Under the pieces are notes generated by a model that was not told the DNA's origin, ran no database searches, and saw only the letters and a program-made list of their open reading frames with translations. Positions 1 to 8,472 of a stretch of DNA of 53,315 nucleotides are shown in pieces. Both the position numbers and the translations under genes were made by a program. The DNA comes from a virus (lineage: Duplodnaviria > Caudoviricetes), in the IMG/VR virus record IMGVR_UViG_3300002855_000250, positions 1-53,315 of that record; one strand, given 5' to 3'. Within the stretch, counting starts at the first letter, position 1, and each line of letters starts with the position of its first letter.

Positions 1-1569
1 TCATAGCTCTGTTGTTAGCCTCACCCGACCTTCGGAGTTGACTTCGATCCTCTTCACCATTCGAGACAGTAGTAACCTCGTCTTCTCCACATCATCATAA
101 GATTCTAATGCAGAAAATGCGTCGAGTGCGCTTTTCATCTGTTCATGTATTGCCGAAGCTTCCAGTCTTTGTCTCTGTTTCGCCGCCACAACTGATAGTC
201 TCTTGGTGGATTCATCGATCTCCTTTTCGTATATATTTCTCTCGTAGTTATACTGATCATTATCGACTTCACCGTTCATATTCTGTCGTCTGATCTCGAA
301 TAACAACTTCCGATTATCTTCGATTTTCTTTTCGAGTTTTTTGGACTCTTTCTCGTGATCGTTTATTTCTGAGTTGAACCCGTAATCGTCTATATCGGCT
401 CTGTATTTAGCCATTCTATCTCGAACTTCATCCAAGATAGATTTAATTAGATCCCCTCTAAGCTCAATGTACGGTAGCCATTTGCTATTACTGCACCCAG
501 ATTCACCTATTCGCCTGCGGCGGGAACACATCAAGTAGCGGTATTCTTTACCCTTTGAATTTGCGGTCTTACTTGCCATTGTCACCATTGCCGATCCACA
601 TTCTTCGCAAAATATTAATTTAGCAAACACATTTACATACGCCCTATTCCCACCCCTTACACCGCCACCTCTGATCAAGCGGACGTCCTGTGCTTTCTCG
701 AACATGTCGCTGCTTATGATTTCGGGATGCGTCGGGTTTTCTGATCGTTTCCATTCGCTTTTTGGCTTCTGGACAAGCACCTTTCCGCGATCCATTATGT
801 TTTTAAGGTCGTTGTATTTCGTCTCGACTGTGTGCCGGCCGTAAACGTTGTAACCAGTATATATTTCATTTTGTAAAATCCTCTGAATTGACGTTATGCC
901 CCATGAACCGCCCTTGTATGATGGTATAGGCTCTCGATTTCCGTTGTCACCATTCAGATAATTTACGATCATCTTCTCGCCCATACTTTGATTGATATAT
1001 AGGTCGAATATCAGCTTAATTATTTCAGCCTGCTCAGGGATTACTTCCAGCGTTTTTCGCTTTCCGTCCATAACCTTCTTATAACCGTATGGAGGTATCG
1101 AACCGATGTAATTACCTTTTTCAGCAGATTCACGGATACCACGCCTAGATGCAACGCTTGTCCCACTACTAGACTCCTGATTGACGGCAGATCGTATGCC
1201 AAACATTAGTTCATCATCCTTGATCGCGGAGTCATATCCGTCCTCAATCGAAATAAGGCGAATCTTCAAAGCGTTAACGAGTATCCGCTTTAGGGTTACC
1301 GCATCGACTTGGTCTCTGCTAAAACGAGATAAAGAAGGGAAGAAGATCGTCCTGATCTCGCCCTTCTTCGCATCCTCGATCAATTGCAGCACATCTTCCC
1401 TCTCCATAATGCTCGTAGCTGTTCCCTTGTCCATATAAACGTTATCTAGTTCCATGCCCATCATATTGGCGTGCCTACGAATGAATGATTCCTGATGTTC
1501 AGGGCTGTCCTTCTGGGAGTCCTTAAGAGTTGATACCCGAACATAGCCCCTATCTTTTTTTGTGCTCAT
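1..1569 (-). CDS. Large serine recombinase (integrase)
   Basis: Resolvase motif GYVRVST, SRFSR, recombinase domain (PPYGY, ILQNEIYTG), Zn ribbon CEECG...CSRRR...C, coiled coil; ATG at 1569 (the track uses TTG 1575). Confidence 0.95.
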   Translation of the reverse strand: MSTKKDRGYVRVSTLKDSQKDSPEHQESFIRRHANMMGMELDNVYMDKGTATSIMEREDVLQLIEDAKKGEIRTIFFPSLSRFSRDQVDAVTLKRILVNALKIRLISIEDGYDSAIKDDELMFGIRSAVNQESSSGTSVASRRGIRESAEKGNYIGSIPPYGYKKVMDGKRKTLEVIPEQAEIIKLIFDLYINQSMGEKMIVNYLNGDNGNREPIPSYKGGSWGITSIQRILQNEIYTGYNVYGRHTVETKYNDLKNIMDRGKVLVQKPKSEWKRSENPTHPEIISSDMFEKAQDVRLIRGGGVRGGNRAYVNVFAKLIFCEECGSAMVTMASKTANSKGKEYRYLMCSRRRRIGESGCSNSKWLPYIELRGDLIKSILDEVRDRMAKYRADIDDYGFNSEINDHEKESKKLEKKIEDNRKLLFEIRRQNMNGEVDNDQYNYERNIYEKEIDESTKRLSVVAAKQRQRLEASAIHEQMKSALDAFSALESYDDVEKTRLLLSRMVKRIEVNSEGRVRLTTEL

Positions 1570-1741
1570 TACCAATTACCCCCGAAGTGTGTTTATCTAA
1601 AACGTCAGATAGATTGTACGATGTAACTTGGTTTTTAGCCATCACTTTTTTTACTTCTGCTTCCACCAAGCTCCGTATTAATCCTTCTGGGTCTTCTCCG
1701 GCGTGGATAATCTCAATGTAATATGGCTTTTTCTTTTCCAT
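1550..1741 (-). CDS. Small protein overlapping the integrase start; candidate recombination directionality factor
   Basis: 63 aa from ATG 1741 with GGGTGA RBS; function inferred from position only. Confidence 0.5.
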   Translation of the reverse strand: MEKKKPYYIEIIHAGEDPEGLIRSLVEAEVKKVMAKNQVTSYNLSDVLDKHTSGVIGNEHKKR

Positions 1742-1778
1742 TTTATCACCCATCATTAACGTATGCGCAGGGGCTTGG

Positions 1779-2252
1779 TCAAATTGCCCCTGCATCTCCT
1801 TCCATCACTTTCTCAACAGCAATATCAAGAGACAACGCCAGCTTATAAAGAGCCTTCCACCTGACCTTTGTATAAGTGCCCTCACTGATTGGTGGTTGGA
1901 ATTTTTGTGTATAAACGTTATAGTCGGTCAAGTAATCGGAATCCTCACACATGTAGCGTTCCTGCAGTAAAAAGCGTTCCATACGTGGCAAACGGTTAAC
2001 AGCTCGCTCCATGCGATCGCAATACTGTTTGCGTTTTGATGCCCTGTCTACGTTACTTATTGCAATGCTAGCCGTTTGATCACTCGTAACATTTGTTTGA
2101 CTAGGAGGAATGATTGAATATCCTGGCGTAATGCTTGCCTCTCGCTCATCAGCGTCTAGGTATTTGGATAGCCTATACCTCTCTAGAGCGGCTTCTACAG
2201 CTTTCTGAGTGGAACGTCTATCTAGTTCGGGAAGTTCGAAGGCTAGTTGCAT
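1779..2252 (-). CDS. ArpU-family phage transcriptional (late) activator
   Basis: TQKAVEAALERYR...ITPGY...RAVNRL...ERY...KALYKLALSL signature; located at the end of the replication module. Confidence 0.9.
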   Translation of the reverse strand: MQLAFELPELDRRSTQKAVEAALERYRLSKYLDADEREASITPGYSIIPPSQTNVTSDQTASIAISNVDRASKRKQYCDRMERAVNRLPRMERFLLQERYMCEDSDYLTDYNVYTQKFQPPISEGTYTKVRWKALYKLALSLDIAVEKVMEGDAGAI

Positions 2253-2309
2253 ACCATCACCTCGCTTTGATTTACTGGAGCGGACACCGTAGCCCCCGCC
2301 CCTCTTGCT

Positions 2310-2762
2310 TTAGCCGATTGGTGGACCATCGTTTTCTTTATCCTGAACATCTTCAATGCTCATCTGGTTCTCGTCCACTTCGACCGTTCCATCTTTATTG
2401 ATCTTGCCGCGTACGCCCTCACGGTACGCCTCTTGCTGCTCACGGAACTCATCTATATCCATTTGCGATTCTGTTATGGTCAGCTCTACATCCGTTCCAG
2501 CCAAGCGGTAGAACTCGTATGAATGTCGATTTGAAGCGCCACCGTTAACGATGAAATCCAATACGGTTTTCTTCGCATCCTGACTCTTCTTTACGAATTC
2601 CGCAGTTAGAGGATCGATGCCTTCGATTGTTAGCTCTACTACTTCGCGTACAAGGTCGTTCAACTCCGGTAAATGTTCGCCTTCGCCCTTTACGTAAAAC
2701 TGTACAAGTTCCTTACGGGAATCTTTCGTTTGCTTATTGAAATGCGCTTTAATAGTTATCAT
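2310..2762 (-). CDS. Hypothetical phage protein, acidic tail with QMSIED
   Basis: 150-aa ORF with GAGGAG RBS. Confidence 0.7.
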   Translation of the reverse strand: MITIKAHFNKQTKDSRKELVQFYVKGEGEHLPELNDLVREVVELTIEGIDPLTAEFVKKSQDAKKTVLDFIVNGGASNRHSYEFYRLAGTDVELTITESQMDIDEFREQQEAYREGVRGKINKDGTVEVDENQMSIEDVQDKENDGPPIG

Positions 2763-2782
2763 GGATAATTGCTCCTCTCAAT

Positions 2783-2989
2783 TTATAATCCGAATTGTTT
2801 TGCTGCTGAATGAACGGCGAGTGAGATGGCTTCGATTCCTTCATGACCTAATTTCTTGAATTCCTTGTGCAGTTCACTTGTTAGTTTTGCGAATGAAGGG
2901 GCTGCCATAACCCAGACAGGAAGAGCCTTTTCAATCACATCATTCATCATCTCAAGCTCGATTTGTGTCATTCCGTTAAACTTGCTCAC
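2783..2989 (-). CDS. Hypothetical protein
   Basis: Probable GTG start (VSKFNG) behind a purine-rich RBS, overlapping the previous gene end. Confidence 0.55.
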   Translation of the reverse strand: MSKFNGMTQIELEMMNDVIEKALPVWVMAAPSFAKLTSELHKEFKKLGHEGIEAISLAVHSAAKQFGL

Positions 2990-3173
2990 TTGCCCTCTTC
3001 CTCCCCTCCACAATCTCCATAGCCTGTACCACGGTGACGGTGACCATGACCTTCCAGCCGTCCTTGAGCTCATATACGGCTCCGGGATATTGTTTTTCGA
3101 CATATGCCCTCCAGTCGATTGGAAGGGAGCCCACGTATTTACCATTGATGAATAATTTAGGATCTGCGCTCAT
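2976..3173 (-). CDS. Hypothetical protein
   Basis: 65 aa, ATGA overlap with the upstream gene, GAGGT RBS. Confidence 0.6.
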   Translation of the reverse strand: MSADPKLFINGKYVGSLPIDWRAYVEKQYPGAVYELKDGWKVMVTVTVVQAMEIVEGRKRASEQV

Positions 3174-3760
3174 GACTTTACCTCATAATGGGATAGGATG
3201 GGCGTGAAAGTGTAGTACGGATCGCCGGGTTCAAAATCCCAGTTTTCTTCATGTTTCTCTGGATCGTAAGCTGTTTGTTCCAGCAGTCCGTATTTAACAC
3301 CCATTTCTTGAATGTCTCCGCCATCTAATGATCCGCCTTCAAACGCAACATGTAGCACACTCTTGGCGAAGTCCAGCACCTTATCCTTTGCTGATAGTTC
3401 GGTACGGAGGGATTCGGCCTCTTCTTTCCATTCTAGAGATACGATCAGGGCGTTATTGGATGAAGCCTTCCATTCGTCTCTTTCCGCCTTAACCTGTTCA
3501 ATTTCATCAAGATACCTATTAGCCATTGTGTGCATGCTATGGCTTATTTCCTTTTGTATCTCCAGTTCTTCCCTTGTCTGTTGGAGTTGGGATTCAGCCT
3601 CTTCACATAAGAGTTTCCAACCGTCTCGGCTCATTAGGAGTTCTTGTCGCTCTTCCAGTAGGGCGCGAAGCCATTCAGGGGCGCTAAGGTGCCAATGTAC
3701 CGGAATTTCCGCATTCAACGCCTTCTCTATCGTCTCTATCAACTGCTCATTAGGTTTCAT
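3170..3760 (-). CDS. Coiled-coil hypothetical protein
   Basis: Start MKPNEQ with GGAGG RBS; heptad-rich central part. Confidence 0.65.
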   Translation of the reverse strand: MKPNEQLIETIEKALNAEIPVHWHLSAPEWLRALLEERQELLMSRDGWKLLCEEAESQLQQTREELEIQKEISHSMHTMANRYLDEIEQVKAERDEWKASSNNALIVSLEWKEEAESLRTELSAKDKVLDFAKSVLHVAFEGGSLDGGDIQEMGVKYGLLEQTAYDPEKHEENWDFEPGDPYYTFTPILSHYEVKS

Positions 3761-3959
3761 GGGATACCTCCAGACTGTGTTTAATGCACTTGAATTGATA
3801 CTGAGGCAATTCAGCGTTGAAATAATGTACTGCCGGTTGACCACAGGCGCACCATAGACGTGAGAGATTATCTCTTAGTTGGAAACTGCCATCCTCTTGC
3901 TGTATTAAGACAATCTCGCCGTGTCCCTTGCTTGGGATTGTTTGGTTATCCACTTTCAT
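3750..3959 (-). CDS. Hypothetical Cys-containing protein
   Basis: AAGGAG RBS; CACG...CIKH. Confidence 0.55.
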   Translation of the reverse strand: MKVDNQTIPSKGHGEIVLIQQEDGSFQLRDNLSRLWCACGQPAVHYFNAELPQYQFKCIKHSLEVSHET

Positions 3960-3989
3960 CGCTCCTTCGCTTTATCTTCGTTATGTGCA

Positions 3990-4166
3990 TCAGATTGGGT
4001 CAAACTTATCCCTAATGTCTTGGCATTTATTGATAGCATTCTCAAGCAAATCTCGTATTTTGTATTGCTGTTTCGTGTCAATGTAGGACGACGCTTCGCC
4101 TATGAGTCGTTCTATCTCCCCGACACTTACTACGATTTCTTTGGTCTTTCCTGTCGCCTTAGCCAA
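3990..4166 (-). CDS. Hypothetical protein
   Basis: TTG start behind AAGGAGG. Confidence 0.5.
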   Translation of the reverse strand: MAKATGKTKEIVVSVGEIERLIGEASSYIDTKQQYKIRDLLENAINKCQDIRDKFDPI

Positions 4167-4218
4167 CGGGCAACGCTCCCTCCTTCGCATAATGTGTCCT
4201 TTGCGTCAAATCTTCGAA

Positions 4219-4572
4219 CTACGCAGTGAACAAGTTCGGTTCGAGTGCCTTAAGCAAGCGTTCCGCATCTCGCGCCGTACCATCTCCGTTCAGTACGCGA
4301 TACCGCAATTTGTCGTCCACCAGAGGATCCCAAATAATTAACTTTCCGTCTTCAAAGTCATCTGCTAATCCCTCGCTGAATGCGTAAGCTAGGATACAGA
4401 AGTCTTCACCATCTGTTCCGTAACCCTCTACCATCTCTTTTGTTACGCCGACTTCCGCCAACTCAGCAAGGTTCTCTTCGTTGATTTTGACGATCATATA
4501 AGCGTCTTCCCCGCCTTGTTGGTCAACTACTTCCAGAGCGTTCAATACATTCAGTACAGCCTGCTTATTCAT
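4219..4572 (-). CDS. Acidic hypothetical protein
   Basis: 117 aa, GGAGG RBS. Confidence 0.7.
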   Translation of the reverse strand: MNKQAVLNVLNALEVVDQQGGEDAYMIVKINEENLAELAEVGVTKEMVEGYGTDGEDFCILAYAFSEGLADDFEDGKLIIWDPLVDDKLRYRVLNGDGTARDAERLLKALEPNLFTA

Positions 4573-4646
4573 TGTTCATTCCTCCAAATTTGATTTATTG
4601 TATTGCACACTTTGTGTCTACTCCGCCAGATAGATCGGCTCTATCC

Positions 4647-4946
4647 CTATTCCTCCAGACCGGCGAGTTGGCGCAGATGAGTATCTAGCATGTTCCTAAT
4701 TTGAAACTTGTCTGCCATACAGTCTTCGTTTAATGCCAATTCATAAGCGACTTTTTGTTGTTGCATAGCCAACTTATACTCTAGTATCTTGCGGGTTACT
4801 TCTTCGGGGGATTCGGTGACAAGGTCACCAACACCATCGCATACGACAACTGTAACCGATGGATTTTCATAGTCTTTTCGCACAGATGTTATTAAGTCAG
4901 GATTGAAGTAATATGCTCCGTTACTTGTATTGGTCAGTTTAATCAT
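4647..4946 (-). CDS. FlbD/SwrD-like protein
   Basis: MIKLT...YFNPDLITSV...T.V...VTESPEEVTRKILEYK matches the FlbD family pattern (MIxLTxxNG..LNPDLIExI..VxESPEEV); GGAGG RBS before ATG 4946. Confidence 0.7.
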   Translation of the reverse strand: MIKLTNTSNGAYYFNPDLITSVRKDYENPSVTVVVCDGVGDLVTESPEEVTRKILEYKLAMQQQKVAYELALNEDCMADKFQIRNMLDTHLRQLAGLEE

Positions 4947-5436
4947 GTCCTTTATCCACCTCCATACTGATGCCTGGTATGGTGATGCCGAGCATATACA
5001 ATGTATAGCGGATAGTCTTCTGTTCATCCCGAATAGCTTGCTTATCCCCGTTCCAATTAACATCATCGAGTAATCCTTGCAACCCGTCGAAATGTCTCTT
5101 TACATTGCATACCCCAACCTTTTCTACCTTCTGTATCCCTGTATCCTCTGCATGGAGATAAAGGGCTTCCTGGGCGATCTTGACTGGATTGATACGTTTA
5201 GTTGTCCAAACTTCTAAACCATTTAATTCATGTGTTCGTTCCCATTCTCCCCACTGAATACTCCCCAACGCCGCTCGCAGCCTTGCCGTTTCTCCCTGAT
5301 CGGATGGGACGTCGAATGCACCATTTTCAATTTCGTTGATCAGTTCCCATAATTCCATCGAAGGAGCTATAGGGCTTTCTGTAATTTCCTTGGCTCTGTG
5401 CAACAACTTATCCCCATCTATCAACCTCTTATTCAT
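4939..5436 (-). CDS. Hypothetical phage protein
   Basis: RLIDGDKL N-terminus typical of small phage proteins; AAGGAGG RBS. Confidence 0.65.
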   Translation of the reverse strand: MNKRLIDGDKLLHRAKEITESPIAPSMELWELINEIENGAFDVPSDQGETARLRAALGSIQWGEWERTHELNGLEVWTTKRINPVKIAQEALYLHAEDTGIQKVEKVGVCNVKRHFDGLQGLLDDVNWNGDKQAIRDEQKTIRYTLYMLGITIPGISMEVDKGHD

Positions 5437-5449
5437 GGGAGTCCTCCTT

Positions 5450-5734
5450 TCAGATGTAATGGTTCATATTCTTGTAATGCTCGATGAGGCCGCTCTTCAC
5501 CAAATCAAAATACTTGTTTTGAATAACGACTTCTGTCTTTCCGAGTGCAAACGACATCGCCCGGCGTCCGTCATGCTTGTAAAACTTCGCAAGGTAACAA
5601 AGATCATCTTCGGTGAATTTCTGGCCATGATTCTCGTGGAAATCGGGATGGTATTTGATCCTTCCGAGATTATCAAATATGAATCCATCTCTAGAGTCCT
5701 GCATGATCCGAGCTCCCATACGCTCAGCCCCCAA
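5450..5734 (-). CDS. Small Myb/HTH-like phage protein (often annotated 'DNA-entry nuclease')
   Basis: GRIKYHPDFH.NHG.KFTEDDL.YL.KFY..DG...MSFALGKTE pattern; start uncertain. Confidence 0.55.
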   Translation of the reverse strand: MGAERMGARIMQDSRDGFIFDNLGRIKYHPDFHENHGQKFTEDDLCYLAKFYKHDGRRAMSFALGKTEVVIQNKYFDLVKSGLIEHYKNMNHYI

Positions 5735-5737
5735 TGG

Positions 5738-6034
5738 TTAAAATGGCAATCTATCTAGATCCTCTAGCTCCAACACATGCCAGACTAAATCTGCGACTTT
5801 AACCGTTCCGATTGCTCGGAGGATGAAGAGGTTATCAGGGACTTTAATGTCCCATCCCGTACCAACGCACATGACTGGAAGCTTTTCCTTTTCAGCCTCT
5901 GGATGATTGATCAATGCGTATACCACGATGCAGCCATTCTGTTCGATGGTTGATATGAGTTGGGAGCCGATTTGGACTTCGATGTGCTGTACCTCAGTGC
6001 TTGGTAAGATGTAATGCTTGTGGATTGTTGGCAA
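5738..6034 (-). CDS. Hypothetical phage protein
   Basis: TIHKH...VGTGW...IGTV...LVWHV; TTG start with AGGAGG RBS. Confidence 0.65.
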   Translation of the reverse strand: MPTIHKHYILPSTEVQHIEVQIGSQLISTIEQNGCIVVYALINHPEAEKEKLPVMCVGTGWDIKVPDNLFILRAIGTVKVADLVWHVLELEDLDRLPF

Positions 6035-6045
6035 GGTAAGGCCTC

Positions 6046-7038
6046 CTAGAATAGTGTTTGTTGCCCCATTTCCTCAATTGCCATTTCGAGATTTGCGGCT
6101 GCTGTCCGGTAGTAACTTTCTTTCAGCTCGACTCCAACAAAGCGTCTGCCCATTTTTAGCGATACATATCCTTCACTTGCAATTCCAGCGAATGGTGACA
6201 AGACTACATCGCCCGGATTAGACCACAACTGCAATGCCCGCTCGATCACGTCCAACTGTAGTGGGCAGATGTGTTTTTCGTCCTTCTCATCTCGCGCAGG
6301 ATTGCGGTTAAGAGTGCGGCTTTGGTTGATGTCCATCCATACCGGACTAGCGTATCGACGCCATACCTGATGCGAGTAAACTGGATCAGTTTTAGCCATA
6401 GATATGAATCGATGTTGCCTGCTGTCCTTTAGTGTTGGTTCAACTCTTGGAGCATTTGGTTCGTCAAGCCCTACAAATTCAGTTAACCCATCAGGATGAG
6501 CAACCGGCTCTGGGTTATCCCCCTGCTTGCGCATTGTGATTAAATAATCGGGCAATCCTTGACGACTCATCGCTGAGTCTTTCACGAGCTGCTTGTGCAT
6601 TAATCCAATGGCTTTGGTTCTTGTGGCTTCGATCAGTGGGTCTTTCCAAATTGCCACCTTGGAATGGTAGATAAATCCCTCATCCTCGAACATTTGCCTT
6701 AGTTGCGCTGGGAAGTCTTTCAGTCCAATGAACCCATCTCTTGACTTCATGGCCGGGATATCCATGCAATGGAACGATAGCAGCCGACCAGGCATCATAA
6801 CCCTGTACAGTTCCTTGATAAGGAATCTAAAGTGGTGCATGAAATCCTCATCGCCCTTGCTATTTCCCATGTCGCGTTCACTGTTCGAATAGGTGTAGAG
6901 TGATGCAAACGGAGGACTGAATATCGAATAATGAACACTGTCGTCTGGGATCCCCTTTGTGACATCTACGCAATCGCCATGATATAAAGCGTATTGGTCG
7001 GTTATCACTTCATCAATCGTCTGGACTTCTAACTGCAT
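6046..7038 (-). CDS. DNA methyltransferase, N4-C/N6-A family (beta class)
   Basis: Catalytic SPPF near the N-terminus, HICP, SAM-binding SPFAGIAS, GVELKESY; C-terminal QQTLF. Confidence 0.9.
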   Translation of the reverse strand: MQLEVQTIDEVITDQYALYHGDCVDVTKGIPDDSVHYSIFSPPFASLYTYSNSERDMGNSKGDEDFMHHFRFLIKELYRVMMPGRLLSFHCMDIPAMKSRDGFIGLKDFPAQLRQMFEDEGFIYHSKVAIWKDPLIEATRTKAIGLMHKQLVKDSAMSRQGLPDYLITMRKQGDNPEPVAHPDGLTEFVGLDEPNAPRVEPTLKDSRQHRFISMAKTDPVYSHQVWRRYASPVWMDINQSRTLNRNPARDEKDEKHICPLQLDVIERALQLWSNPGDVVLSPFAGIASEGYVSLKMGRRFVGVELKESYYRTAAANLEMAIEEMGQQTLF

Positions 7039-8429
7039 TGTTTCTCACTCCTTAGCCAATGCGGGATTGTCATCCGTTTCCGTGGAACATATTCCGTTTT
7101 ATCCGCTTTTGTTGACTTGATATTTGCGCTTGTGATCTCTTTCGTATGCTTGATCATTTGAGCGACCATCTGCATAAAATCAGCTTCCTTGCGCTTGATG
7201 TTGGCAGATACCGCTCCTTCCAGTTCGGAAATGATCATATGCACGTTTACAGGCTTTGTCTGTCCGAAGCGGTAGCAACGTCTTATGGCTTGGAACACTT
7301 GCTCAAAGCTGTCTGAGAGTCCTACGAACGCCATATCAGCGCAGTGTTGCCAGTTCATTCCGAATCCGCAGATCGATGGCTTGGTGACCAACACACGTAT
7401 CCTGCCCTCTGCAAAATCAAGCATGGCTCTTTCCTTGTGTTCGGGTGAATCAGATCCCTTGACTTCGACCGCTCCTGATATTGCCTTAGTCAATAACTCC
7501 GACTCTCGATTAAGGTCACACCACACTAGGAATGGGCGATCAGTTGCATTGACGATCTCTGCACACTTGGCAACGCGTAACTCTGTGCTGTCCCTCCGCG
7601 CTCTCTGGCGCTCCTGCAGTGTCTTGGCTTCTGCCGCAAACAATCCGTCATCGAAGCTATGCTCAACGCTCACGATGTGGTCTATGACATTCAGCGGTGG
7701 TAGGTTGTAGGCTCCATCATCGAACCCGATATCAGATGGCTTAGTGACCAATGCTGCCCATGACGCTACCCACTCCCAGAACTTGTCCTCAGCGTGGCCC
7801 TTCAAACGCCATTTACTTGTATCCCCGCCATCATGAACAAAGAACATCGACAACATCTCAGTACGGCTCATCACGCCCATGAACTCACTGTGGTTACCAA
7901 GCTCCATGTAATCGTTAGGTGCTGGTGTAGCGGTACAGGCGAGCTTGTACGGCGTGGCTCTGAAACTGTCTAGGATGAGGTTTCTCATCTTTCCGTCGTA
8001 GGCTTTTATGATGGAGCTCTCATCCAGAACTACACCCTCAAATTCCTCTGGATTAAACTTGTGAAGCATCTCGTAGTTGGCAATGTTGATGCCTTGTCTA
8101 ACTTCCGACTTCGATCGGCATAGCGTGATATTGATTCCTAGCTTCATGGCTTCTCGGACTGTCTGTGAAGCTACTGCGAGAGGTGCAAGGATTAATATGT
8201 TGCCGCCTGTATGCTGCTGTACGAGTCGCGCCCATTCCGTTTGCATGAATGTCTTACCTAATCCCGTTCCCGCGAAAATGGACGCTCTGCCCTTTGCAAC
8301 TGCCCACTTGACTATTGCCCTCTGGAAGTCGAATAACATTTGGTTAATGTCGTTATCAGTGACTGAGAATCCAGATGGCTCAACGATTGACTTCTTGTTC
8401 TGCAAAAACTGTTCATAGGCCGCTTCGAT
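7029..8429 (-). CDS. SF2 (SNF2-like) helicase/ATPase
   Basis: GTGLGKT, LDESS, TATP, GFGMNWQ, QAIRRCYRFGQ; probable ATC start at 8429 behind GGAGGTG (the track uses TTG 8405). Confidence 0.9.
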   Translation of the reverse strand: MEAAYEQFLQNKKSIVEPSGFSVTDNDINQMLFDFQRAIVKWAVAKGRASIFAGTGLGKTFMQTEWARLVQQHTGGNILILAPLAVASQTVREAMKLGINITLCRSKSEVRQGINIANYEMLHKFNPEEFEGVVLDESSIIKAYDGKMRNLILDSFRATPYKLACTATPAPNDYMELGNHSEFMGVMSRTEMLSMFFVHDGGDTSKWRLKGHAEDKFWEWVASWAALVTKPSDIGFDDGAYNLPPLNVIDHIVSVEHSFDDGLFAAEAKTLQERQRARRDSTELRVAKCAEIVNATDRPFLVWCDLNRESELLTKAISGAVEVKGSDSPEHKERAMLDFAEGRIRVLVTKPSICGFGMNWQHCADMAFVGLSDSFEQVFQAIRRCYRFGQTKPVNVHMIISELEGAVSANIKRKEADFMQMVAQMIKHTKEITSANIKSTKADKTEYVPRKRMTIPHWLRSEKQCS

Positions 8430-8472
8430 CTTGTCTCACCTCCAAAAGTAAACCTATAGATTGATTTTTTGA

